NCBI GenBank assembly: GCA_031430855.1
Contig: JANPCG010000010.1
Coordinates: 35,714 to 99,713 of the forward strand
Origin: Candidatus Kaiserbacteria bacterium
GTDB taxonomy: Bacteria > Patescibacteriota > Minisyncoccia > Phycocordibacterales > UBA918
Length of the DNA stretch: 64,000 bases
Reading direction: 5' to 3'
The notes beneath the pieces are model-generated. The model was not told the DNA's origin and did not search any database. It saw only the letters and a program-made list of their open reading frames with translations. Positions within the stretch are counted from its first letter, which is position 1. The number at the start of each line of letters is the position of its first letter. The position numbers and the translations under genes are program-made. This document shows positions 9,840 through 19,375 of this stretch, in pieces.

Positions 9840-11162
9840 ATGGCAAAGCCGCTTATCACGTGTCGTGATCTTTCTATTATTTACAACAAAGGAAAGTCTA
9901 ACGAATTCCGTGCACTCCAAAATGTAAACACTGACATCTATGAAGGTGAGTATATTATTCTGTTCGGTGCGTCTGGCTCAGGGAAATCTACCCTGATGTA
10001 TTCAATTCAGGGCTCACTCCCACCGGGAGATGGGACGCTGCTTATTCGAGGTGATGATATTTACTCCTATCCGCCATCAGAGCGAGTTTATTTTCAACGG
10101 TACGTGATGGGTATTATCTTCCAGTCATTTAACCTGATTGGGTCGCTGTCAGTGCTCGACAATGTTGCTTTGCCACAAATTTTTTGTGATGTTGATAAAA
10201 CTACGCGCGATAGACGCGCCCAGTCACTTTTAGACCGCTTTGGGGTAGGTCATGTATCACACAAATTGCCCTCGATGCTCTCTGGAGGTCAGCAGCAACG
10301 TGTCTCGGTAGCTCGTTCGATGGTGAATGACCCAAAGATTTTGCTGGCGGACGAGCCGACGGGTAACCTTGACTCGGTTTCCACGCAGCAAGTAATGGAC
10401 AAAATTGATGAAATTAACACGTTTGATAGACGGACCATTATTATGGTGTCGCACAACGCTGCCCACTTAAGCTACGCCCACCGCGTGTATTACCTCAAAG
10501 ACGGCTTTGTCGTGCGTGAAGTGGTAAATCCACAACGAAAACAAATTAAACCAGTGCGAGAAGGGGAGACAATTGTAACCGAACTCGAACAATTAGCGCG
10601 GTTATTTCCCTACGATTCAGTTGAGACGCTTCGGGTCAAGAGTTTGGTGAATTATTTAACTCAGGATTACACCTTTAATCAACTAAATCGTTTAGAACGG
10701 GCTGTTGCTTACTTTATAAATGGAAAGATTGACCGTGACTCTTTTGTAAAAGCCCTGATTCTCCCGGCTGAACAGGGTGGAGTCGAAATGCCTGAGTTTA
10801 AAGCGAAGCAGATGGCCAAACAAAGTGAAATTTTAATCCATCAATCAGACGATATTCGTCGTTTCCGGGCCAAAAAAGACAATCCAGGAGTATTTTTTGA
10901 TCAACATAAACTTGCCGAGCGATTAAAAGATCATGTATTACATATATATCGAATAAAGATGAGTAAAGAAATGGATGATAATCTGACTGAATTAATTGCT
11001 GACCGTGTTACCGGAGTAATTGAGGAAAGTGAATTCAATGCCAAGTTAATGGTAGGAGTGCGACAACATGGGCTGGCACTATCAGAAAAGGAAGCCGACG
11101 AAGTAACTCGTTATTTTGAAAAATTAATTGCGCAAGGGGTGGATGTGAGTTACAAGAGCTAA
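9840..11162 (+). CDS. ABC transporter ATP-binding protein (MacB/LolD/FtsE-like) with a ~200-aa helical C-terminal extension.
   Basis: Walker A is GASGSGKST, Q-loop IFQSFNL, ABC signature LSGGQQQRVSVAR, Walker B ILLADEPTGNLD and H-loop MVSHN. The 440-aa length leaves a C-terminal half (aa 230-440) that I do not recognise. Confidence 0.85.
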   Translation: MAKPLITCRDLSIIYNKGKSNEFRALQNVNTDIYEGEYIILFGASGSGKSTLMYSIQGSLPPGDGTLLIRGDDIYSYPPSERVYFQRYVMGIIFQSFNLIGSLSVLDNVALPQIFCDVDKTTRDRRAQSLLDRFGVGHVSHKLPSMLSGGQQQRVSVARSMVNDPKILLADEPTGNLDSVSTQQVMDKIDEINTFDRRTIIMVSHNAAHLSYAHRVYYLKDGFVVREVVNPQRKQIKPVREGETIVTELEQLARLFPYDSVETLRVKSLVNYLTQDYTFNQLNRLERAVAYFINGKIDRDSFVKALILPAEQGGVEMPEFKAKQMAKQSEILIHQSDDIRRFRAKKDNPGVFFDQHKLAERLKDHVLHIYRIKMSKEMDDNLTELIADRVTGVIEESEFNAKLMVGVRQHGLALSEKEADEVTRYFEKLIAQGVDVSYKS

Positions 11163-11318
11163 AGAGAAGATGGAATATTGAATAGGGAAGAAAGAAAATA
11201 AAATAATCAAAAGTGAATAATGAGTCTTTTACTATTTTGTAAATGGTATTATTTAATTATGTAAATTGGAGGTATACACCCGAAAGTATTTTTGTGTGTG
11301 TCACCCTCAATATTAATT

Positions 11319-12527
11319 ATGCGAATTCAAGATCTTGCACAACTTTCCACTCGAATGTTCAAAACGAATCCACTGCGTACGTGGTTAACTATTTTAGGTA
11401 TGGGTGTAGGAACCGGGGCAGTAGTAATTTTGGTGGGTCTGGGGTTTGGTTTGCAGCAAATTATTTTGGAACAAATTGTGTTCGGAGAAACCCTACTTTC
11501 ACTTGGTGTATCCGCTACCGGGGCGCAAAACCTTAAATTAACAGCTGAAACGGTTACCCAATTTGAAACTAAGCCGGAAGTTCTTGATGCTGCTCCCTTA
11601 GCTCGGTTCCCAGCGCTCGTTACTTACAAAGGACTCACCGGTAATGTGTTTATTCAAGGTGTAGAACCACCATATCTACGGTACGCTGGAGTCACCGCTA
11701 CTGCGGGTACTGTTTTTACCGATGCTGATGCAGCAGACACTAACTCGGTCATGCTCTCACCCGCGGTACTCAAATTATTCGGGATTGAAGATCCAAAAAG
11801 TTTCGTGGGGCAAAAAGTCGCCTTTCGAATTTTAATTCCCGCTGAAGATGGGACTGATACTAATACTGAAATTCTGATCGAAAAAGAATATACCGTCCGC
11901 GGCATTACCAAAGAAGAAGGAGTCTTGAATGCCATGATGATGTTACCTGAGTTACGGAACTATGTCGGTATTGAGGAGTATGAGCGTATTCAAGTTCGGG
12001 TTGATACCAATGAAAATTTACCCTTAGTAGAAAAACAACTGATTGAAGAAGGGTATCGCGTAACCGCGCTCTCAAAGACTGTTGAGCAAGCCTCAAAAAT
12101 TTTCCAGGGTGTACAGGCAGTGCTGGCTACCTTCGGAGGGATTGCGCTCCTAGTATCTGCAATTGGAATGTTTAATACGATGACGGTGACTCTCCTCGAG
12201 CGTACCAAAGAGATTGGAATTATGCGCACTATTGGTGCCTCTCCAAACGATGTAAAGTATCTCTTCGTATCAGAATCTGTGGTGGTGGGCTTTATGGGTG
12301 GGGTTACTGGAGTAGCTATGGGAGTAGCGTTAGGATTGGCAGTTAATTTGTTTTTAAATATTGTAGCTGGTCAATTTGGTGGACAGTCAGTGAGACTATT
12401 CTCATTTCCCTTAGGCTTCCTGACATTCATTATTGTTTTTTCGGCAGGTGTGGGGTATCTCACTGGAATTTTCCCGGCACGGCGGGCATCGTCACTTAAT
12501 CCGCTTGACGCGATTCGGTATGAATAG
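11319..12527 (+). CDS. ABC transporter permease, FtsX/MacB family (N-terminal TM, large extracytoplasmic domain, three C-terminal TM helices).
   Basis: The N-terminus is a TM helix (LRTWLTILGMGVGTGAVVILV), followed by a ~230-aa periplasmic domain. The C-terminal FtsX-like block reads TFGGIALLVSAIGMFNTMTVTLLERTKEIGIMRTIGASPNDV. It sits immediately downstream of the ABC ATPase. Start 11319 (MRIQDL) is preferred over 11292. Confidence 0.8.
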   Translation: MRIQDLAQLSTRMFKTNPLRTWLTILGMGVGTGAVVILVGLGFGLQQIILEQIVFGETLLSLGVSATGAQNLKLTAETVTQFETKPEVLDAAPLARFPALVTYKGLTGNVFIQGVEPPYLRYAGVTATAGTVFTDADAADTNSVMLSPAVLKLFGIEDPKSFVGQKVAFRILIPAEDGTDTNTEILIEKEYTVRGITKEEGVLNAMMMLPELRNYVGIEEYERIQVRVDTNENLPLVEKQLIEEGYRVTALSKTVEQASKIFQGVQAVLATFGGIALLVSAIGMFNTMTVTLLERTKEIGIMRTIGASPNDVKYLFVSESVVVGFMGGVTGVAMGVALGLAVNLFLNIVAGQFGGQSVRLFSFPLGFLTFIIVFSAGVGYLTGIFPARRASSLNPLDAIRYE

Positions 12528-12586
12528 TGTGTATAACTTAGGGTATAAGTGTGTGAGTATCAGCTAAAATATAGTAGTAAATTATT

Positions 12587-14461
12587 ATGACGTACAACAA
12601 TCAAAACCTACCGCAGTATGTAGAGACTGCCGGAAAAATCACCGTTTTAACAGCTTTATCAGGAGTATTAATCTTTGCGTTTGTTTTTATACTAAACGTC
12701 GGAAAAACAGAACTTAATCGAGTTGAAGCGCAAGGTCTTGCGACGACGACACTTACCGTATTGAACACGCCACCAACGTGGACGACTGGTCAGGAAGGAC
12801 GTGAGGAGTTTGAGTCATCAACCTCAACACCAACCAATTCAGGTAGTCAGATTTCATGGGTGGCAAATGCAACTGATGCAAATAACGCTCCATACTACCT
12901 ACTTATCTGTAGTGGCAGTGCTTCACCAACCGCAAACGCTTCGGCGCCACCATCATGCGTTGGTGGTACTCAGTGGGCCGTTTCAACATCAACAGTGAGT
13001 GGGCAAAATGCCCGAGCTGCAACTACTACTACCGAAATTGCTCCGTTTGGTGAACAAAACGCTTGGTATGCTTGGATTTGTGACTTCGATACTAACTCAC
13101 GCTGTAACAATGTCTCTTTCCAGGGAATTAATGCCACTAACTCTTCACCATTTGCGGTCAACAAGCGACCTACCTTTACCGCATTTGGTAACAGTGGAGC
13201 GACACCACCAGGTGGCACCATTACGTTCTTCTCTACTTCATCTGATGCTGACATTGCTGATGACGACCGTATTTACTTGATTGTTTGTGGAACTGCGTCA
13301 TACAGTACAACGACAAATACCTGTGGTGTTGGAGACACCCTAGCATCTTCTTCAGTATCCTTTGCGCTTAATAATGCGACAACATCTCGAATTCTTGCGA
13401 GTATACTGCAAGATACGAACTACAATGCCTTTCCCTATGTCTTCGATCAACACGGTCACAGTGCTTCGGGTGGTGCACAAGGTGTAAACGTAGCATTCAC
13501 CGTTTTGAACGTAGCGCCAACCGTGGCTGGGGGAACCATCTCACTAAATCAAGGGAGCAACATGACGTTAACGAACCCTGGCGGTCAAACGACTGGATTT
13601 AGACTCGACTTCGTAGTGGCTGACGCTAACAGTTGTGACGCCTTTGGAGGAGCTGCCGCTGATGAAGTTACTGGCTACGTTGCCTCAGTTTTCAGAAGTT
13701 CAGTTGGTACTACTACTTGTAATGGTGCAGCTGGGTCCTACAATGCAAACAATTGTTATCCAAGTGGAATCGGATCTACAACCTGGAATCTCTCATGTAC
13801 TGCTTCAACCACCAGTTGCGCCGGAAGTAGTGATGATACAATCAACTACAGTTGTACGTTCCCACTCTGGTTTATTGCTGACCCGACGGACGGAACTCCG
13901 TTTGCCGCCTCAAGTACTCCTTTCTCAGCCCAAAACTGGTCAGCAGGAGTAGCTGGTATCGATGATGACTTTGCAACTGGCAGTATGGCCACTAATACCT
14001 CACCCGTTGAAGTGAATAGCTTGGTCGCTATAAACATGCTATCTAACCTCATTACGTATCCAAACCTTGAATCGGGTAGTAACATGCCATTCCTAACTTC
14101 AACCAGCAGTCTCTCAAACTTTGGTAACACAGGACTCAATCAAATCTTATTTGGAGACTCAATGTGTGGTACGTATTCTATAAGTAATCCATGTCCCGTT
14201 TCTGCTAGTTCAACTATCCCGGTAACTGAGCAGCGATATGGAGCCACAAGTACTGCTGTGTATGGAGCAGGGACATCTCTTGGAGCTTCAACGTCACCGG
14301 CCACATTTACCATTCAAATTCCTAAATCAACGGCAACGAGTACACCAACATCAGGGACTACCTATTGGGGTATTCGGGTACCGGTAGCAATTACACTTTC
14401 GGGTGCGTATACCGGTCGAAACACCTTCATTGGAGCGGTGTCAGCCAGTACGACCTGGTAG
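12587..14461 (+). CDS. Thr/Ser- and Cys-rich surface protein with an N-terminal membrane anchor or signal peptide.
   Basis: The N-terminal hydrophobic segment is ITVLTALSGVLIFAFVFILNV. The composition is low-complexity Thr/Ser/Gly/Asn with many Cys (probably disulfide-bonded), and I recognised no enzymatic motif. Confidence 0.65.
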   Translation: MTYNNQNLPQYVETAGKITVLTALSGVLIFAFVFILNVGKTELNRVEAQGLATTTLTVLNTPPTWTTGQEGREEFESSTSTPTNSGSQISWVANATDANNAPYYLLICSGSASPTANASAPPSCVGGTQWAVSTSTVSGQNARAATTTTEIAPFGEQNAWYAWICDFDTNSRCNNVSFQGINATNSSPFAVNKRPTFTAFGNSGATPPGGTITFFSTSSDADIADDDRIYLIVCGTASYSTTTNTCGVGDTLASSSVSFALNNATTSRILASILQDTNYNAFPYVFDQHGHSASGGAQGVNVAFTVLNVAPTVAGGTISLNQGSNMTLTNPGGQTTGFRLDFVVADANSCDAFGGAAADEVTGYVASVFRSSVGTTTCNGAAGSYNANNCYPSGIGSTTWNLSCTASTTSCAGSSDDTINYSCTFPLWFIADPTDGTPFAASSTPFSAQNWSAGVAGIDDDFATGSMATNTSPVEVNSLVAINMLSNLITYPNLESGSNMPFLTSTSSLSNFGNTGLNQILFGDSMCGTYSISNPCPVSASSTIPVTEQRYGATSTAVYGAGTSLGASTSPATFTIQIPKSTATSTPTSGTTYWGIRVPVAITLSGAYTGRNTFIGAVSASTTW

Positions 14462-14476
14462 AATCTACGAATTATA

Positions 14477-14521
14477 AAAGCAACCTGCCACTGTTATCCA
14501 ACAGTGGCAGGTTGCTTTTTA
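14477..14521 (+). terminator. Rho-independent terminator.
   Basis: The sequence aaaagcaacctgccactgtt-atcc-aacagtggcaggttgctttt forms a perfect ~17-20 bp stem. It runs directly into TTTTT, 16 nt after the stop of the upstream gene. Confidence 0.7.
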
Positions 14522-14552
14522 TTCAAATATTTTTGATAATAGAAGAACTTGC

Positions 14553-15512
14553 ATGCAGATAACTATTTCCACAGCGTTTATTCGTGTTGTTACCATTGCT
14601 GTAATTCTCTACGTTACCTTTGGAGCCGTCGCTGCGCACGCCGGATTTGGGATTACACCACCCTATGTACGTAACACGAGCTTGACGCGAAATTCTACCT
14701 ATGAACAACAAATCCTTCTGGTACGTGGTGATCCAAATGAACCATTAAATGCAGTCATTACTGTTGATGCGCCTGAGATTCAAGACTGGATCGAGATCGT
14801 AGAGGGTACCACAATTTTGATGCCTCGGGGTGAACAAAAAGTTACCATGACCGTGCGTATTAAAGTTCCTGAAGATGCAAACTTTCAAGAGTATGCGGGA
14901 AAAATTCGTATCAAAACTGAACCAACCGACGATCAGGTAGCGCAAGGAGTAGTGAGTATTTCTTTAGGTGCCCAGGTTGATATTAACGTAAACGTAATTG
15001 ACAGAGTAATCGAGGACTTTAGGGTTCGACGTATCTCTGTACTTGATTTAAATGAAGGCCATAAAGTTGGCTGGCTATATTTCCCGGGTAAAATTCAATT
15101 TTCAATGTCGATAGAGAATACTGGTAATATAGAAATTGCTCCGTCAAAAGTCCAGTTTAGAATATTTGATAGAACGGGAGCAGTATTACTTGAGGAAACG
15201 ACCCATAAAGGAAAACTCAATAAAATTGCACCATATCTTACTGGTGATATAACTTCAGAATTGCCAACCAGGCTTCCTCCAGGTAGTTATATGGCTCGGT
15301 ACAGTATATTTAATGGAGATGAGATAAAACAAGAAGGTGAGCTTAACCTCAGTATTCTACCGTACGGTACCCTTCAGACGTCTGGATTTGGCTTTAGCGG
15401 GCTTTCTGTCCCACACAAGCTATCATTACTCCTTCCAATCTTTGCTCTCCTAATCTTCATTCTCTACACAATTTACAATCGACGACTTCGGCGCAAAATG
15501 AGAGTGAAATAA
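14553..15512 (+). CDS. Signal peptide, a ~270-aa beta-rich ectodomain, a C-terminal TM helix and a short basic tail (paralog 1 of 3).
   Basis: The signal peptide is VVTIAVILYVTFGAVAAHA and the mature N-terminus reads GFGITPPYV. The C-terminus is LLLPIFALLIFILYTIYNRRLRRKMRVK. It shares architecture and motifs with ORFs 30567 and 31540, and resembles DUF916/DUF3324 (CscA-type) proteins, though that match was not verified. Confidence 0.65.
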   Translation: MQITISTAFIRVVTIAVILYVTFGAVAAHAGFGITPPYVRNTSLTRNSTYEQQILLVRGDPNEPLNAVITVDAPEIQDWIEIVEGTTILMPRGEQKVTMTVRIKVPEDANFQEYAGKIRIKTEPTDDQVAQGVVSISLGAQVDINVNVIDRVIEDFRVRRISVLDLNEGHKVGWLYFPGKIQFSMSIENTGNIEIAPSKVQFRIFDRTGAVLLEETTHKGKLNKIAPYLTGDITSELPTRLPPGSYMARYSIFNGDEIKQEGELNLSILPYGTLQTSGFGFSGLSVPHKLSLLLPIFALLIFILYTIYNRRLRRKMRVK

Positions 15513-15515
15513 ATA

Positions 15516-16637
15516 ATGCCTATGTATGAAAAGCTTACAGCACTCATACTGGGCATACTGATACTCGAGACATTTACGAGTACCAGAGTGTATGCAGTAG
15601 AAATCTTTACCGCTACGACGACGATTAACCTCAGTATTTGCGGAAATTCACTTGTTGATATTGGTGAACAATGTGACATTCCTGGCGAACTTGGGGTTTA
15701 CAGTACTACTATTGTTGGAAGACAGTGTTCTCCTGCGTGTCGTTTTGGTGCCTATTGTGGTGACGGTATTTTGCAAACGCAATTTTCTGAAGAATGTGAC
15801 GATGCCAATAATGATAGTGGCGACTTTTGTTCTGCTACCTGTACGATTGAACCGGCCGGGTCAGGAGGAGGAGGTTCCTCGGGAGGTGGTGGGTCACGCG
15901 GTGGAGGGACGCGAGATGTTGGAGGAACTCAAATTAGTATTACCGGTTTAGGCTATCCGAACCAGACGATTAACTTCTTACTCGATACTCGTTCAATTGG
16001 TTCAGTGCGAGCCAATACAGCGGGTCGCTTTGAATTTACTGCAGAAGCTTCACCCGGCACCGCCACCCTAGGAGTCTGGGCACAGGACAGTAGTGGTCGG
16101 AGATCTATTACCTTAAACAATACGTTTGATGTAACACAGGGGGCGGTAACAAATGTATCAGGTTTAATTTTACCTCCAACAATTTCTGTTCCAAGTCCTA
16201 ATATTATTCCCGGCAGTTCACTTGTCATCTCTGGACAAGCGATTCCGTCTGCAAAAGTTGATATCCACTTTAATAATAACGAAATTGTAGAATCAACGAA
16301 TAGTGCTGTTGATGGTCGATACACACTTACATTTAACACCACGCGACTGCGTAATGCTGAGTATGCAATTAAGGCCCGCTCAGTCACCGGAACGGCACCA
16401 CTTTTAACTCAGAGTGGATTTAGTAGTTTGCTCCAACTGTTTGTTGGTGTAGATGGTAAACCAACCACCTCATCAGATCTTAACCGTGACGGTAGTGTGA
16501 ATCTGATCGACTTTTCGATTTTAATTTTCTGGTGGCAAACTCCTGGTGGTGACTCTGAACCTCCGGCTGACATAAACAGTAATGGACGGGTTAGTCTGGA
16601 GGATTTCTCAATCCTACTCTTTAACTGGACCGGCTAG
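15516..16637 (+). CDS. Secreted protein with Cys-rich repeats, a poly-Gly linker, Ig-like region(s) and a C-terminal dockerin-like module.
   Basis: It has a signal peptide and repeats of CGDGILQ..EECDDANNDSGDFCSATC type. The linker is SGGGGSSGGGGSRGGG. The C-terminus (DLNRDGSVNLIDFSILIFWW ... DINSNGRVSLEDFSILLFNW) is a duplicated Ca-binding loop of the dockerin type (DxNxDGxVNxxD). Confidence 0.7.
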   Translation: MPMYEKLTALILGILILETFTSTRVYAVEIFTATTTINLSICGNSLVDIGEQCDIPGELGVYSTTIVGRQCSPACRFGAYCGDGILQTQFSEECDDANNDSGDFCSATCTIEPAGSGGGGSSGGGGSRGGGTRDVGGTQISITGLGYPNQTINFLLDTRSIGSVRANTAGRFEFTAEASPGTATLGVWAQDSSGRRSITLNNTFDVTQGAVTNVSGLILPPTISVPSPNIIPGSSLVISGQAIPSAKVDIHFNNNEIVESTNSAVDGRYTLTFNTTRLRNAEYAIKARSVTGTAPLLTQSGFSSLLQLFVGVDGKPTTSSDLNRDGSVNLIDFSILIFWWQTPGGDSEPPADINSNGRVSLEDFSILLFNWTG

Positions 16638-16657
16638 TATCTTGTTAATGTTTCTTC

Positions 16658-16677
16658 ATTTAAACTGGACAGGCTAG
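16658..16677 (+). repeat. Ghost copy of the last 6 codons plus stop of the upstream dockerin gene.
   Basis: The gene ends tttaactggaccggctag (FNWTG*) at 16620-16637. About 21 nt after that stop, tttaaactggacaggctag reads in frame as LNWTG*. Confidence 0.45.
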
Positions 16678-17080
16678 AACTCTTGAAAATAAGTTATGAC
16701 TTTGTTGTGCTACACTCGAATATTTTTATCGTATATTAAATACGCCTCAATTATTCTCACTAGCACGCCTCGTCAAAACTCATTTTGAAGCGTTCTAGAA
16801 AAAATTTGTGTATAAGTTTAGCGAAAAAAAATTCCGACACGTTACAATGATTTTGTACTGATGTTGGAGGTATCAATTTATCGATACTGCAAGTGCCACG
16901 TAAGTGGTATTTGGGCGCTTCAGCCAAGCGTTACAGCATGAGTATGTTTACATTCTTCTATAGGTAGTCGGTGTGGAGACTGACTGCTGGTATTGGCACA
17001 TTTATGTACCAATAGCACGACAAATGACTCTTTGTACAGCATTTGGAAGTGCAGTGTAAGCTAATACAACGTAGAGCCAT

Positions 17081-18232
17081 ATGAGTAGAACGAATACCAC
17101 GTTCGGACTACTCCAAGCCGCAGCTTTGACATTAGGACTGGCGATCATTTTATGGTCACTCGGACTGCCGTCGTTCCGCTTTGCGGAAGCTGCAAATGTC
17201 ACGTCGTTAAGCGACACACTCTCTGATTCCGCTCCTTCGGTTGGAGCAAATCATACAATCTCTTTTGTTACGCCAACTGGTGTAGCAAATGGACAAACCG
17301 TCGTTGTGGACTTTTCTAACGGCCCGTTTGTAGTAGGTACTGTCGATTTTACAGATATTGATGTCATTGATGGCACCACTAATCTCTCGGTCGCAACCAA
17401 CTGCTCTGGCGCACAAGAAACCAGTGCTGCGTTTTCAGGAACAACTCTCACGGTTACATTTTGTAGCGGTGATGGAGCAGAAATCCTTCCTAATGGTACA
17501 ACTACCATCTTGATTGGAACAAATGCCACCTTTGGAGTTGCGGGAAATGCACAGCTCACAAATCCGACTGTTGGATCGTATGAAATCAATCTAACTGCTG
17601 GCGCAAGTGATTCGGGTTCTACTCGAGTTGCAATTATTGCACCAGTTATCGTTACTGCAGCCGTTGATACCAGCTTTACGTTTACCGTAGCTGGACTTCC
17701 TGGCGCAGGAACAGTAAATCAAGAGCCAATCACCGGTAGTTCGACGGCAACAACAATTCCATTTGGAACGCTGGTTGCAAACTCTGCTTCAACGGCAGCG
17801 CAGCAATTAACCGTTCAAACCAATGCTAGTTATGGCTATGCTGTAACAGTACAGGTGGATCAGCAGTTAACGTCATCGACCGGAGCAGACATTGACGGAT
17901 TTGCTAATGGAACGTATACCTCAAATCCGATTGCATGGTCACAGCCATCAGAAAGTATTAGTAACGAAGATACCTGGGGACACTGGGGTCTTACGTCAGA
18001 CGATGCAACTTTTGGTCTCAGTGATCCATTTGACGCAGCAGGAACAGGCCAATTATTCGTATCTGCTTCAACCACACCGGTAGAAGTAATGCGTCATAAT
18101 GGTCCAGCTGATGGGGTAACGCAAAACATTGGTCTCGCCAAAGTAGGCTACACCGTAGAGATTTCTCCGCTACAAGAAGCAGGGAATGACTACACCGCTA
18201 CGCTGACATACGTAGCAACCCCAGTGTTCTAA
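17081..18232 (+). CDS. Secreted Thr/Ser/Gly-rich surface protein.
   Basis: The signal peptide is FGLLQAAALTLGLAIILWSLGLPSFRFAEA. The rest is low-complexity and beta-rich with no catalytic motif. A 440-bp AT-rich non-coding region lies upstream. Confidence 0.65.
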   Translation: MSRTNTTFGLLQAAALTLGLAIILWSLGLPSFRFAEAANVTSLSDTLSDSAPSVGANHTISFVTPTGVANGQTVVVDFSNGPFVVGTVDFTDIDVIDGTTNLSVATNCSGAQETSAAFSGTTLTVTFCSGDGAEILPNGTTTILIGTNATFGVAGNAQLTNPTVGSYEINLTAGASDSGSTRVAIIAPVIVTAAVDTSFTFTVAGLPGAGTVNQEPITGSSTATTIPFGTLVANSASTAAQQLTVQTNASYGYAVTVQVDQQLTSSTGADIDGFANGTYTSNPIAWSQPSESISNEDTWGHWGLTSDDATFGLSDPFDAAGTGQLFVSASTTPVEVMRHNGPADGVTQNIGLAKVGYTVEISPLQEAGNDYTATLTYVATPVF

Positions 18233-18352
18233 AGAATATTGGTCCAAGCTTGGAGTAATACAGCAAAAAACCCTATCTCCCACCACGAGTAGGGTTTTTG
18301 CTTTGTGTACAAAGTGAGTCTTTTTGTATCGCTAATACGATATACTATCGGA

Positions 18353-19369
18353 ATGAAGAGTATTCTCTGTGGAGTTATTGGTATGTGGTTTTTTATGTCG
18401 GGAACAACCTTTGCGGCAACGTTATATATAGATCCAAATAATGCCGAACTAAACCGAGGGGACTCAATTACAGTTGCCGTGAGACTTGATACTGATGAAG
18501 CGGCGGGGGAATGTATTAATGCAGTAGATGGAGTAATTACGTACAGTGAGTCTATTGTCGCAGATGATATTTCAATTGGCGAGTCAATTTTCCCGGTCTG
18601 GGTTGAGATGCCAACAATCAATAAAGAAAATCGGACGATCACGTTTGCTGGTGGTATTCCTAATGGCTATTGTGGTCGCGTACAAGGAGATCCTAATTTA
18701 ACTAATACGGTGGTTGAATTAGTATTTCGTTCACCAGGAATGCAGGTGGGTGGTGGATCAGAACGGACGGCCGCTTTAATACAATTTACTGATCAAACCA
18801 CTGCGTATTTAAATGATGGACTTGGTACCAAAGCGCGTTTAGAAAAATATGGAACAACCGTGTCGCTTTCTCCAGATGTCGGAACTGAGATTATAGATAC
18901 GTGGCGAGAAGAGGTTCAGGCAGATACGTTCCTACCAGAAGCGTTTAGTATTTCCCTCGAGCAAGATGAAAATACCTTTGATGGTAACGCCTATATTGTT
19001 TTTAATACGACAGACAAGCAAACCGGTATCAGTCATTATGAAGTGATCGAAGAAAATAGTAGGGAATCAAAACTCTTTAGTTTTGGTGCCGCAAATACTC
19101 CTTGGGAAAAGACGAGAAGCCCCTATGTACTCAAAGACCAATCTCTCAATAGTTTGATTCGGGTACGAGCAATAGACAAAGCCGGTAATGAATACATCGC
19201 AACTTTTATGCCTGATGAATCAATGCGAAAAGCAGCACCAATAAATTTTATAGTGATAGGAATTCTCACTGTTGTGACGTTGCTCATTTTTGCCATCATG
19301 GTGAGCCTTGGTATGCGTAAGCGTAGAAAGAAGCGTGTCATTCATGAAACAGTACCAAGCACAAAATAA
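18353..19369 (+). CDS. Membrane-anchored protein with an N-terminal cohesin-like module (C-terminal TM anchor).
   Basis: The signal peptide is MKSILCGVIGMWFFMSGTTFA. The ~140-aa beta-sandwich ATLYIDPNNAELNRGDSITVAVRLDTDEAAGECINAVDGVITYSESIVADDISIGESIFPVWVE...TVVELVFRSPGMQVGG resembles cohesin. The C-terminal TM is INFIVIGILTVVTLLIFAIMVSLGMRKRRKKR. Confidence 0.7.
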   Translation: MKSILCGVIGMWFFMSGTTFAATLYIDPNNAELNRGDSITVAVRLDTDEAAGECINAVDGVITYSESIVADDISIGESIFPVWVEMPTINKENRTITFAGGIPNGYCGRVQGDPNLTNTVVELVFRSPGMQVGGGSERTAALIQFTDQTTAYLNDGLGTKARLEKYGTTVSLSPDVGTEIIDTWREEVQADTFLPEAFSISLEQDENTFDGNAYIVFNTTDKQTGISHYEVIEENSRESKLFSFGAANTPWEKTRSPYVLKDQSLNSLIRVRAIDKAGNEYIATFMPDESMRKAAPINFIVIGILTVVTLLIFAIMVSLGMRKRRKKRVIHETVPSTK

Positions 19370-19375
19370 ATATTT

